A stretch of DNA of 34,347 nt, taken from assembly GCA_963803975.1 (NCBI GenBank), contig CAWDOY010000018.1:1-34347 (forward strand), written 5' to 3'. Below the pieces are notes generated by a model. It was not told the origin of the DNA. It saw only the letters and a program-made list of their open reading frames with translations, and made no database searches. This document shows, in pieces, positions 19,437-28,461 of the stretch. The position numbers and the translations under genes were made by a program. Source of the DNA: an uncultured delta proteobacterium (GTDB taxonomy: Bacteria > Desulfobacterota > WTBG01 > CAIYCZ01). The stretch's first letter is position 1. Each line of letters opens with the position of its first letter.

Positions 19437-20385
19437 CTATCGTTTCTCCTCGTATCCCTTCAGGTATTTAAAAAAATCGCTCTTGGTGCTCAGCACTACC
19501 GAACTGTCCTTGCCAATAGTCTGCCGGTAGGCATCCAGCGTCTTTAAAAACGAATAAAATTCAGGATCTTTATTGTATGCCCCGGCATAAATGCGGGCCG
19601 CCTCGCCGTCTGCCTTTCCTTTTATTTCCTGGGCCTTGCGGTATGCTTCAGAGTTTATTCGCTGCAGCTCCTTGCCCCGCTCGCCTTCTATCTTCTTGCT
19701 CTCGCCTTTGCCTTCAGAGCGGAACTTTTCTGAAATCTGCTTGCGTTCCGCGATCATGCGCTCGTAGACTTTTTTCTGCACTTCATCAACATAGTTGATG
19801 CGCTTGATGCGCATATCAATGATCTCAATGCCGAACTTCTCAAGCTTCGGTTTGGCCTGCTCCATGATGCCCTGGTTCATCCCTGCCCTGCCGAGTTTAA
19901 TGGAAATCTGCTCCTGGACGCTTTCAGCAAGACCTGCCGAATCAATCACTTCCTTCTCCAGCAGACGATTGGAGTTTCGTACCGCTTCAACAAGGTGATG
20001 GGAAGATATAAAGTTAAAGGTCGCTGAATCCAGTATATCATCAAGCTTCTTCTGTGCTGCAATCTCATTATACACCGTCTCATAGTATTTGAGCGGGTCC
20101 TTAATGCGCCAGCGGGCAAAGGTCTCTACATAGATGAAGGTCTTGTCCTGCGTCGGGTATCTGCCCGGGGTCACCGTTCCACTCAAGCAGCGTTTTGGGG
20201 AAAACGTTTGCGTTCTGAATGAACGGCAGCTTTACCTGCAGCCCCGGATCGGTAATGGGGTCACCAACCGGCTTGCCGAACTGGGTAATGACCACCTGCT
20301 CAGTTTCATCCACCGTGTAAAAGACGCCGCCGAATATAAATATACCCAGCAGCACAATAACAGCGATCAGCAGTCTGCTCTTCAT
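19437..20385 (-). CDS. hflC: FtsH protease modulator HflC (frameshift near 20160)
   Basis: YTVDETEQVVITQFGKP (20101-20385) joins DKTFIYVETFARWRI..VYERMIAER..DPEFYSF (19437-20186). Confidence 0.92.
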
Positions 20386-21419
20386 GGCTTCTTCTCCTCT
20401 GCAAGTTTTTCACCCAGATTGAGAAGCGGCAGCAGCCCCCCCTGCTCGGGATCGATGATATAGGTCTTGCCCAATTTCGGCAGAACATCCTGCATGGCTT
20501 CAAGATAGAGGCGTCTTCTGGTTACATCTTTGGCATTGGCATATTCAGTCCAGAGCGACAGAAAGCGGGCCGCATCTCCTTTTGCCTGGTTGATGCGCTC
20601 CAGGGCATAGCCTTCCGCTTCCCTGAGGACCCGCTGCGCCTCCCCGCTTGCTTCAGGCACTACTTTGTTGTAAGCCTCCCGCGCCTCGTAAATCATCCGC
20701 TCTTTTTCCTGCAGGGACTGGTTGACCTCGTTAAACGACGGCTGCACCGGGTCAGGCACCGTGGCCCGCTTGAGTTCAACGGTGACGATGGTAATGCCCG
20801 TGTCAGCTTCATTCACGGCCTTCTGCAGCTCGATTTTAACCGCTGTTGCAATCTCCAGCCGCTCGGTAATAACCTCGTTAATGCTGCGGTCACCCACCAC
20901 CTGGCGCATCACTGCCTCGGACAGGTCGCGCAGGGTCTTTTTCACATCCCGCACTTTAAATAAAAATTTATAGGGATCGGCAAGCCGGAACTGCACAATC
21001 CAGGGCACCACCGCGCAGTTGAGATCGCCGGTGAGCATCAGGGACTCGTTCAGATACTCCCTGCTTGAAGAGTACTCGGTGTCCACACCTGCCTGTATGG
21101 TCCGGATGCCGAATTCCTCGGTATAGACATACTGCACCCGCACTTTGGTAAGGGTTTCAAGCCCTGCCGGTAATTTCAGATTGAGCCCGGGGCCCGTTAT
21201 CCGCACAAATTTGCCAAACCGCTGAACAACGCCGGCCTCACCCGGCTGAATGGTATAAAAGCAGCTGATGCCCCACAGCGCTGCCACCACGATAATAATA
21301 AGCCAGATGCCGGAGAAACCTTTACCAAGCATGTTTTTAAGCTGCTTTATGAGTTGCTCGGGATTGAACTCCTGATTACTCCAGGGGTTCTGTTTTCCGG
21401 AATTGTCTTGCCAGGGCAT
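20382..21419 (-). CDS. hflK: FtsH protease modulator HflK
   Basis: MPWQ N-terminus, GVVQRFGK, MLTGDLN, GDAARF, VTRRRLYLE. Confidence 0.93.
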   Translation of the reverse strand: MPWQDNSGKQNPWSNQEFNPEQLIKQLKNMLGKGFSGIWLIIIVVAALWGISCFYTIQPGEAGVVQRFGKFVRITGPGLNLKLPAGLETLTKVRVQYVYTEEFGIRTIQAGVDTEYSSSREYLNESLMLTGDLNCAVVPWIVQFRLADPYKFLFKVRDVKKTLRDLSEAVMRQVVGDRSINEVITERLEIATAVKIELQKAVNEADTGITIVTVELKRATVPDPVQPSFNEVNQSLQEKERMIYEAREAYNKVVPEASGEAQRVLREAEGYALERINQAKGDAARFLSLWTEYANAKDVTRRRLYLEAMQDVLPKLGKTYIIDPEQGGLLPLLNLGEKLAEEKKP

Positions 21420-21517
21420 AAATAAGAGTTCCTTATAAATGTTTTATATTTCGCTGGTCGTTACGACCCTTCCACAGGCGTTCAATTGTGAAGGTAAAAT
21501 AATGCCTTAATTTATCT

Positions 21518-21547
21518 ATTGTAAAGTGAGAGAGGATACAATGTCAA
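21518..21547 (-). promoter_or_regulatory. sigma70-type promoter for hflKC
   Basis: Minus strand TTGACA-N18-TACAAT. Confidence 0.5.
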
Positions 21548-21604
21548 GGTTTGTTTGTGCAGCGCCGCGCTCTTCGCGAAGAATTTGCCGGATGAGTGGT
21601 TACC

Positions 21605-21637
21605 AAAAAAGCCTCCTTGAAACCGGGAGGCTTTTTT
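21605..21637. terminator. Bidirectional intrinsic terminator ending the por-nuoEF-like operon
   Basis: AAAAAAGCCTCC...GGAGGCTTTTTT. Confidence 0.85.
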
Positions 21638-21665
21638 AGCATTATTCAGATGAAGATTTTTTCTT

Positions 21666-23521
21666 CTATTCTATGCTGACTGCATCAAACTTGCATGCTT
21701 CAAAACAGGCCCCACACTTAATGCATTTTAAGGTATTGATCGAATGGAGCTCCTTGAGTTCTCCTGTTATTGCATCAGCCGGACACACCTTCTTGCATGC
21801 TCCGCACTTCTTGCATTGTTCAGGGATAACGCGATACTGGATGAGAGCCTTACAGACACCGGCAGGACATTTTTTATCTTTTATATGGGCTTCATATTCA
21901 TCTCTGAAGTAGCGGATGGTGCTCAGAACCGGATTGGGGGCGGTGCTGCCGAGAGCGCATAATGCGCCGTCAATGATTGCATCGCACATGGACAGCAGCA
22001 GTTCAATATCTCCCTCTCTGCCCCGGCCCTCGCAGATATCGGCGAAAATCTCTCCCATGCGCAACAGCCCCTCCCGGCAGGGAACGCACTTGCCGCAGGA
22101 TTCCTCCTGCAGGAAGTTGAGAAAGTAGCGGGCCACATCCACCATGCAGGAGCGGTCATCCATCACGATCATGCCCCCTGAGCCCATCATGGAGCCGGCT
22201 TTTGCGAGGGCATCGAAATCAACCGGCAGGTCCAGCATGCTCTCCGGGATACAGCCGCCCGAGGGGCCCCCGGTCTGGACTGCCTTGAATGTTCTCTCCC
22301 GGGGTATGCCGCCGCCGATGTCATAAATAATTTCCCGCAGGGTCATGCCCATGGGAACTTCGACCAGGCCGGTATTATTTATTTTCCCCACCAGGGAGAA
22401 TATTTTTGTTCCCTTGCTGCCCTCGGTGCCGATGGAGCGGTACCATTCAGCTCCCCGGTTGATAATGAGGGGCACGTTGGCCCAGGTTTCCACATTGTTC
22501 AGCGCCGTGGGCTTGTCCCACAGCCCTTTTTCCACCGCGTGGATATATTTGTCCCGGGGCTCGCCGGAGCGGCCTTCAATGGAGGCAAACAGGGCTGATG
22601 ACTCGCCGCAGACAAACGCGCCGCCGCCGCGGTTGATCTTAATCTCAAAATTAAATCCCGAGCCTAAAATGTTCTCTCCCAGCAGCCCCGCTTCCCGTGC
22701 GGTTGTTATTGCCATGGTGAGGTGTTTTACCGCCAGGGGATATTCATTGCGCACGTAGAGAAATCCGGTTTCCGCGCCGATGGCGTAGGCGCCGATGGTC
22801 ATCCCTTCGATGATGCTGAAGGGGTTTCCCTCCATGATGCTTCTGTCCATGTAAGCGCCGGGGTCGCCTTCATCGCCGTTGCCGATCACATACTTGGGCG
22901 AGCCGGCTGCCGCCCGGCAGTGCTCCCACTTGGTGCCCGTCGGATAGCCGCCGCCGCCGCGGCCCCGCAGGCCGGCGTGCAGCACTTCGTGTATGACTGC
23001 GTCCGGGGCCATTGCGGAGAGCGCTTTGGCCAGCGCGCTGTAGCCGCCGACAGCCAGATAATCATCCACGCTGGTGGGATCGATCTGGCCGTTATAGCCC
23101 AGGATGATGCGCTTCTGCTTGTTGTAAAACGGGACCTCGTCTTCATTGACGAGCTTCTTTTTCGCCGCCGGGTCAGTGTACAGCAGCCGCTCCAGCACCT
23201 CGCCGGTGCGCGATGGTCTTGCGCGATTATATCCGCGGCATCATCGATTTTCACCTGCTGGTAAAAAATCTTCTGCGGGTGGATGACCACCAGCGGCCCT
23301 TTTTCACAGAACCCGTGGCAGCCGGTTGCTCTGACCGCTACCTTGCCGGAAAAACCCTGCTTGTCGATTTCCGCTTCAAGCGCTTCTTTTACTTTTAAAC
23401 ATCCCTGGCCCTGGCATCCGGTGCCGGCGCAGATGGTGATGAGCGGCTTTTTCGGGTCGCGCATGTCCTGCAGCTTTTTCTGCAGGGCTGAGAGCTCAGC
23501 TGCGTTTCCAATCCGTTTCAT
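21666..23521 (-). CDS. HydB/BfuB (NuoF-like) FMN/NADH-binding subunit, long form with extra Fe-S domains (frameshift near 23200-23220)
   Basis: N-terminal thioredoxin-like 2Fe-2S (CAGTGC..GCHGFC), [67 protein letters not shown], two C-terminal 4Fe-4S motifs. Confidence 0.9.
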
Positions 23522-23983
23522 GCCTGGTCTCCCGCTTTCAAGGTAGTAACAATTTTCTCGGTCTTGGCAAGGGTCATCTGGCCGTGATACTCTCCGTCCG
23601 CAACCACGATGGGGCCCAGCGCGCAGGCGCCCACGCAGTTGACCGTCTCCAGGGTAAACTGCACCGTCCTCTCCCGTGGTGCCGGGTTTTATGTGTAAGG
23701 TCCGCTCCAGCGCGTCCAGCACCTTGGGCGCGCCCCGCACGTGGCAGGCAGTGCCGAGGCAGACACTCACAATGTGTTTGCCCCGGGGTGTCAGGCTGAA
23801 GGCCTTGTAAAACGTGGCCACTGAAAAGACCAGGCTGTGGGGAATGGCGAGCTCTTCCGCCAGCTCCAGGAGCAGGTCCCGGGGCAGATAATTGCAGCGG
23901 GACTGAATATCCTGCAGTATCGGCACCAGAAAAGCCTTATCCCTGCCGTAGCTCTCAACAATGGCTTTAATCTCTTCCTGCAT
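23518..23983 (-). CDS. HydC/BfuC (NuoE-like) 2Fe-2S subunit (frameshift near 23660)
   Basis: LVPILQDIQ, VATFY, VCLGTACHVRGA; shifted frame gives FTLETVNCVGACALGP; ATGA overlap with the NuoF-like gene. Confidence 0.88.
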
Positions 23984-23990
23984 AGTTCCC

Positions 23991-24914
23991 TCAGCCGGAT
24001 GCTTTCTTCTTCAGTTCTTCATAGGTTTTTATGACCCGGTCCTGCATCTGCTCCAGCAGGTCCGGCGTTAAATGCCGGAACCGGCCCTGCACTTTGGTAT
24101 ATTCAGCAACCGGCCGCAGGGGCGAAATATCCATGCTCAGCCGGTATTGTCCATTTACAATTTCATAGAGGGGAAACACGCCGGTCTCAACCGCCAGCCG
24201 ACCCATCTTCACGCTCAGCTCGGGTGCCGAGCGCCAGCCGGTCGGGCACACGGAAAACACGTGGATGTAGGCCGGCCCCTCAACCGCCTGGGCGCGCTTC
24301 ACCTTGTCAAACAGATCAAACGGATAGCTCGGGCAGGCTGTTGCCACATAGGGGATGCCGTGGGCCGCGGCAATGGCCGGCATGTTCTTCTTCCCGGTTA
24401 TCTGGCCGATGCCTTTTTTGCCGGCAGGAGAGGTGGAGGTCGTTGCGCCGTACGGTGTGGCGCTTGAGCGCTGGATGCCGGTATTCATATAGGCTTCATT
24501 GTCAAAGCAGAAATAGATAAAATTATGCCCCCGCTCAAGAGCGCCTGACAGGGACTGCAGCCCGATGTCACAGGTCGCGCCGTCACCGCCCATGGCCACG
24601 ACCGTTATCTTTTTGTCCGGGATCTTTCCCCTGCGCCTGAGCACCTTCAGGCCTGATTCAATGCCCGAGGCGACCGCTGAGGTGTTTTCAAACAGGCTGT
24701 GTATCCACGGCACCCGCCAGGTCGTGGTGGGAAGCGCGGAGGACACGATCTCCATGCACCCGGTGGCATTGGCAATGATCACATCCTTGCCCAGGGCCTT
24801 GCACACATGGCGCACGGCAAGCGCTTCGCCGCAGCCGATGCAGGCCCGGTGGCCGGGAGCAAAGTACTCTTTGGTGGTAACAAGCCGCGGAACAAAAATT
24901 GAAAACTGGTCCAT
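23991..24914 (-). CDS. porB: Pyruvate/2-oxoacid:ferredoxin oxidoreductase beta subunit (TPP-binding)
   Basis: GHRACIGCG, ATGC, GGDG...DNEAYMNTG, CPTGW. Confidence 0.92.
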   Translation of the reverse strand: MDQFSIFVPRLVTTKEYFAPGHRACIGCGEALAVRHVCKALGKDVIIANATGCMEIVSSALPTTTWRVPWIHSLFENTSAVASGIESGLKVLRRRGKIPDKKITVVAMGGDGATCDIGLQSLSGALERGHNFIYFCFDNEAYMNTGIQRSSATPYGATTSTSPAGKKGIGQITGKKNMPAIAAAHGIPYVATACPSYPFDLFDKVKRAQAVEGPAYIHVFSVCPTGWRSAPELSVKMGRLAVETGVFPLYEIVNGQYRLSMDISPLRPVAEYTKVQGRFRHLTPDLLEQMQDRVIKTYEELKKKASG

Positions 24915-26089
24915 TACTCCCTCACCCCGATAGTTTCATATTCTACCGTAACTTTTGAATCCAGAATTTTACGGCCCCGCGCGATCATATCTTCAAACTG
25001 CCGGGGCGTGATGTCCCGCCCGCCCAGGCCGCCGATGAAATTAAATATTTTCGGTTTCTTTTCTTCACTGTAGAGGGCGGACTTTATTTCCGAGCACAGG
25101 GGGCCGCCGGGGCCGCCCAGGATTATGCAGCGGTCAAATACCAGCACCTTCTGCGCTCCCTGAAGCGCTGCGCGGATTTCGGCGAAGGGAAACGGCCGCC
25201 ACAGCCGCAGGTGCACCATGCCCACTTTTTCTCCCCGGGCCCGCATGGTATCAATGGCAACGCTTGCGGTTTCGGTGTAGCACCCGATCCCCACCAGGAT
25301 GGTGTCCGCGTCTTCGGTCCGATAGGTTTCAATCGGCTTATAGCTGCGCCCGAACCGGTCGCCGAATTCCTTCCATACCCGGAGGATGGTCTCCCTGGTG
25401 CCCTGCAGGGCAACTTCCAGTGCCTTGCGCGCTTCGGTGTAGAGCACCGGCGGGGAGAACGCGCCCATGGTGACCGGCCGCCGCGGGTCCAGGGGAAAAG
25501 GATATTTATACGGCGGGAGAAATCCTTCCAGCTCTTCTTTCTCCAGAAGATGGAGCGGCTCAACCACGTGGGAGACAAAAAAGCCGTCAATATTCATCAT
25601 CACCGGGAACAGCACCTGCGGGTCTTCGGCAATCTTGAAAGCGCACAGCGTCAGGTCAAAGGATTCCTGGGCATTCTCCGCGAAAAACTGAATCCAGCCG
25701 CAGTCGCGCGCGGCCATGACATCTGACTGATCGCCCCACACATTGAGCGGCCCGGACAGCGCCCGGTTCGCCACGGCCATGACAATCGGCAGCCGCGATG
25801 ATGCTGCCACAAACAGCACCTCGTGCATCAGCTCCAGCCCCTGGCCGGCCGTGGCGGTAAAGGTGCGCGCGCCCACCGCAGAAGAGCCGACGCAGGCGCT
25901 CATGGCCGAATGCTCGGACTCCACGCAGATGAACTCGGCGTCTATTTCACCGTCCGCCACCATCTCTGACAGGCGCTCAACAATATGGGTCTGGGGCGTG
26001 ATGGGGTACGCTGCCACCACTTCAGCTTCAGCAAGCTTCACTGCCTCGGCTATGGCAAAAGAAGCTTCCATGCCAACGCGTCTGCTCAT
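24914..26089 (-). CDS. porA: Pyruvate/2-oxoacid:ferredoxin oxidoreductase alpha subunit
   Basis: AAYPITPQT, ESEHSAMS, NRALS, RLWRPFP, GLGGRD; start MSRRVG overlaps the porD stop. Confidence 0.92.
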   Translation of the reverse strand: MSRRVGMEASFAIAEAVKLAEAEVVAAYPITPQTHIVERLSEMVADGEIDAEFICVESEHSAMSACVGSSAVGARTFTATAGQGLELMHEVLFVAASSRLPIVMAVANRALSGPLNVWGDQSDVMAARDCGWIQFFAENAQESFDLTLCAFKIAEDPQVLFPVMMNIDGFFVSHVVEPLHLLEKEELEGFLPPYKYPFPLDPRRPVTMGAFSPPVLYTEARKALEVALQGTRETILRVWKEFGDRFGRSYKPIETYRTEDADTILVGIGCYTETASVAIDTMRARGEKVGMVHLRLWRPFPFAEIRAALQGAQKVLVFDRCIILGGPGGPLCSEIKSALYSEEKKPKIFNFIGGLGGRDITPRQFEDMIARGRKILDSKVTVEYETIGVRE

Positions 26090-26382
26090 CAGCTTTCCTC
26101 CGGTATCATGCGAATTGCCGAGGTCGGGCATTCTTTGGAGCAGATGCCGCAGCCCTTGCAGTAGAACAGATTATTTTCAAAATATCCTTCCGCGTCCTGC
26201 CCGATGCACGGCTCAGGGCAGAACAGGTAACAGATCCCGCACTTGATGCAGCGGGTCTTGTCCCAGACCGGACGCTGGGATTTCCAGTCACCGGTTTTGT
26301 ACTGGCTGGCGCTCCCCGGCTCGGTGACAATGCAGCCGATTTCCAGGTCCTTCCAGGTCATCTCATAATCAGGCTTAGCCAC
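26089..26382 (-). CDS. porD: Pyruvate/2-oxoacid:ferredoxin oxidoreductase delta subunit (2x[4Fe-4S])
   Basis: KTGDWKSQRP, CIKCGICYLFCP, CKGCGICSKECP. Confidence 0.92.
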   Translation of the reverse strand: MAKPDYEMTWKDLEIGCIVTEPGSASQYKTGDWKSQRPVWDKTRCIKCGICYLFCPEPCIGQDAEGYFENNLFYCKGCGICSKECPTSAIRMIPEES

Positions 26383-26385
26383 GTC

Positions 26386-26934
26386 TTATTCCTCCACTAT
26401 GGTTTCTTCATAGGCGCGCTGGCACACCTGGATATTTTTTGCTGCTATTCGGCCGAAGCGATGATGCAGCGGCTCGTTGAGGGAGTCGATGGCGACAATG
26501 CCCGTTGCTTTAACCAGCGCACCGATCATCGTGGTATTGGTTATGGGCAGCCCGAGCACTTCGCGGGCAATTTTGGTTGCGTCAACAACAGCGGTGCGAT
26601 GGGTGATGGAGAATTCCTGCTTTATCTGGGCGACGGGTTTGCCGGTGTTCACAATGATGAGGCCGCCCTTCTTTACCCCGGACGTGGCATTGGCAACCGT
26701 AATGAGCGCCGGCTCCAGCACCACCACAACATCCGGCTCCCGGATATCGCAGCGCAGCTTTATCGGATCGCTGCTTACGCGGATAAAGGCAAGCACCGGC
26801 GCGCCCCGCCGCTCGGGCCCGAAACTGGGAAAGGCCTGTGCGTATTTACCTTCACTGATGGCGGCAAGCGCTACCATTTCGGCAGATGTTACCGCGCCCT
26901 GCCCGCCTCGTCCATGAATTCTAACTTCAATCAT
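26386..26934 (-). CDS. porG: Pyruvate/2-oxoacid:ferredoxin oxidoreductase gamma subunit
   Basis: EVRIHGRGGQG, FPSFGPERRGAP, NTTMIGA. Confidence 0.92.
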   Translation of the reverse strand: MIEVRIHGRGGQGAVTSAEMVALAAISEGKYAQAFPSFGPERRGAPVLAFIRVSSDPIKLRCDIREPDVVVVLEPALITVANATSGVKKGGLIIVNTGKPVAQIKQEFSITHRTAVVDATKIAREVLGLPITNTTMIGALVKATGIVAIDSLNEPLHHRFGRIAAKNIQVCQRAYEETIVEE

Positions 26935-27052
26935 CCCCGCATCTCCGCATTTTATATTCCTCGTATATCATCAGGAAATGCTGTTATGTATCATATCGAA
27001 AGTATGCTGTCAATGTCATAACCAGCCACAAAAGCAGGTTTTTTTACTTTTT

Positions 27053-27652
27053 TTATTTCATCTCCCGGCGGCCGTCAAAAGCGCTGCGCAGCGTTCCCTC
27101 GTCTATGTACTCGATGTCCCCGCCGCTGGGCACTCCCTGGGCAATCCGGGTAATCCTGACACCGGCAGAGCTCAGCTGCTGGGAAATATAGAGGGCGCTG
27201 GCATTGCCGCTCACCGTGGGATTGGTGGCGAGAATTATTTCCTGTATGGCCTCTGATGGGACGCGCTGCAGCAGCTCGTTAATTTTGAGCTGGTCGGGGC
27301 CGACGCCGTCAAGCGGTGCTATTGCCCCGTGGAGTACGTGATATAATCCTTTGTAGTGGCCTGCCTTCTCGATAGACATGAGATCCCCGGGCGTTTCCAC
27401 AACGCAGAGCAGGTGGGCATCACGGGACGGGTTCCTGCAGATAGCGCATTCATCATTATCGGTAAAATTAAAGCACCTGCTGCACAGGTGAACCTTTTCT
27501 TTTACATCGAATATGCTTCGGGCCAGCTGCAGGGCATCGGCCTCGGGCTGGTTCATGATAAACAGTGCCAGCCTGGTAGCGGTTTTTTCACCGATCCCGG
27601 GGAGGGCCGACAAACATTGAATCAGATTGAGCATGGGCTGGGGACAGTACAC
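27053..27652 (-). CDS. recR: Recombination mediator RecR
   Basis: LPGIGEKTATR, C4 zinc finger, CVVE, YHVLHG, EIILATNP. Confidence 0.95.
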   Translation of the reverse strand: MYCPQPMLNLIQCLSALPGIGEKTATRLALFIMNQPEADALQLARSIFDVKEKVHLCSRCFNFTDNDECAICRNPSRDAHLLCVVETPGDLMSIEKAGHYKGLYHVLHGAIAPLDGVGPDQLKINELLQRVPSEAIQEIILATNPTVSGNASALYISQQLSSAGVRITRIAQGVPSGGDIEYIDEGTLRSAFDGRREMK

Positions 27653-27711
27653 GGCCGTACCTCTTAATCCCTTAGTTGTTATTTTCGTGTTTTTTGGGCA
27701 AGAAAAATTTA

Positions 27712-27854
27712 AAATACGAATATCGAAGCACGAAACAAATTAAAAATAAAAATGTTCCAAATTTTAAAACAGCATTTTTCACCAGAGTCGTTTTAAATTT
27801 CCCATTTTGGTCATTTGAATTTGTTTAGAATTTCTGATTTCGCTATTCGGATTT
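27712..27854. repeat. AT-rich imperfect palindrome built of degenerate heptamers
   Basis: AAATACGAATATCGAA..AAACAAATT..AAATTTTAAAAC versus GTTTTAAATTT..AATTTGTTT..TTCGCTATTCGGATTT. Confidence 0.7.
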
Positions 27855-27872
27855 GATTCCGGCTTGTCCGGG

Positions 27873-28184
27873 TTAGGGAGTTACGCCGGGGATACGCAGG
27901 CCGCCGGTAATTTTCCCCATCTCTTCCTGCATGAGGCTGTGGGCAGACCTGAGCGCCTCATTCACCGCCGCGGTCACCAGATCCTCAAGCATGGCGATAT
28001 CCTGCGGGTCCACTGCTTCCGGAGCGATTTTAATAGAGAGCATCTCCTGCTTGCCATTGGCAATGACCGTCACCATCCCGCCTCCTGATGACGCGGTTAC
28101 CGTTTTCCGCGCAAGCTCCTCCTGTATCCGTTCCAGCTGTTCCTGCATCTTCTGCGCCTGCTTCATTATCTTTCCTACATCCAT
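27873..28184 (-). CDS. ybaB: YbaB/EbfC nucleoid-associated protein
   Basis: MKQAQKMQ, SSGGGMV, MLEDLVTAAVNEA; lies between dnaX and recR. Confidence 0.95.
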   Translation of the reverse strand: MDVGKIMKQAQKMQEQLERIQEELARKTVTASSGGGMVTVIANGKQEMLSIKIAPEAVDPQDIAMLEDLVTAAVNEALRSAHSLMQEEMGKITGGLRIPGVTP

Positions 28185-28227
28185 TATCTAATTCTCCCGT
28201 TATGAATAGCTATCAGCCGTCAGCATT

Positions 28228-28460
28228 ACTGTGACCCGTGTCCCGTCGCTCGTGACCCGTTTTGTTTTTCCGATCACGGATCACTGGTCACGGGCCCCGA
28301 TCCGCACTCTGCAATTTTCTGTTGCCTTTTGCCTTTTGCCTTTTGCCTATTCACCTATTGCAGCCTTTTGCCTTCACGTCCTGTCCCCGAGCCGTTCGGC
28401 CCTGAGCTCACGGCCGAAGGGCGCTGTCGAGGGGTGCCTATTGCCTATTGCCTCTGTGCC
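28228..28460. repeat. Degenerate heptamer arrays with an embedded GC-rich REP-like hairpin
   Basis: GTGACCC/GGTCACG units at 28228-28300; TTGCCTT/TTGCCTA units at 28322-28374 and 28435-28460; insert at 28375-28434. Confidence 0.65.
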
Positions 28461-28461
28461 T

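Noticed and set aside
21666..23983. Respiratory complex I nuoEF
   Set aside because: No other nuo genes are adjacent, and the long architecture with extra Fe-S domains matches soluble HydB/HydC-type modules.
28228..28460. CRISPR array
   Set aside because: Units are degenerate 7-mers with no constant repeat/unique spacer pattern, and no cas genes are present.
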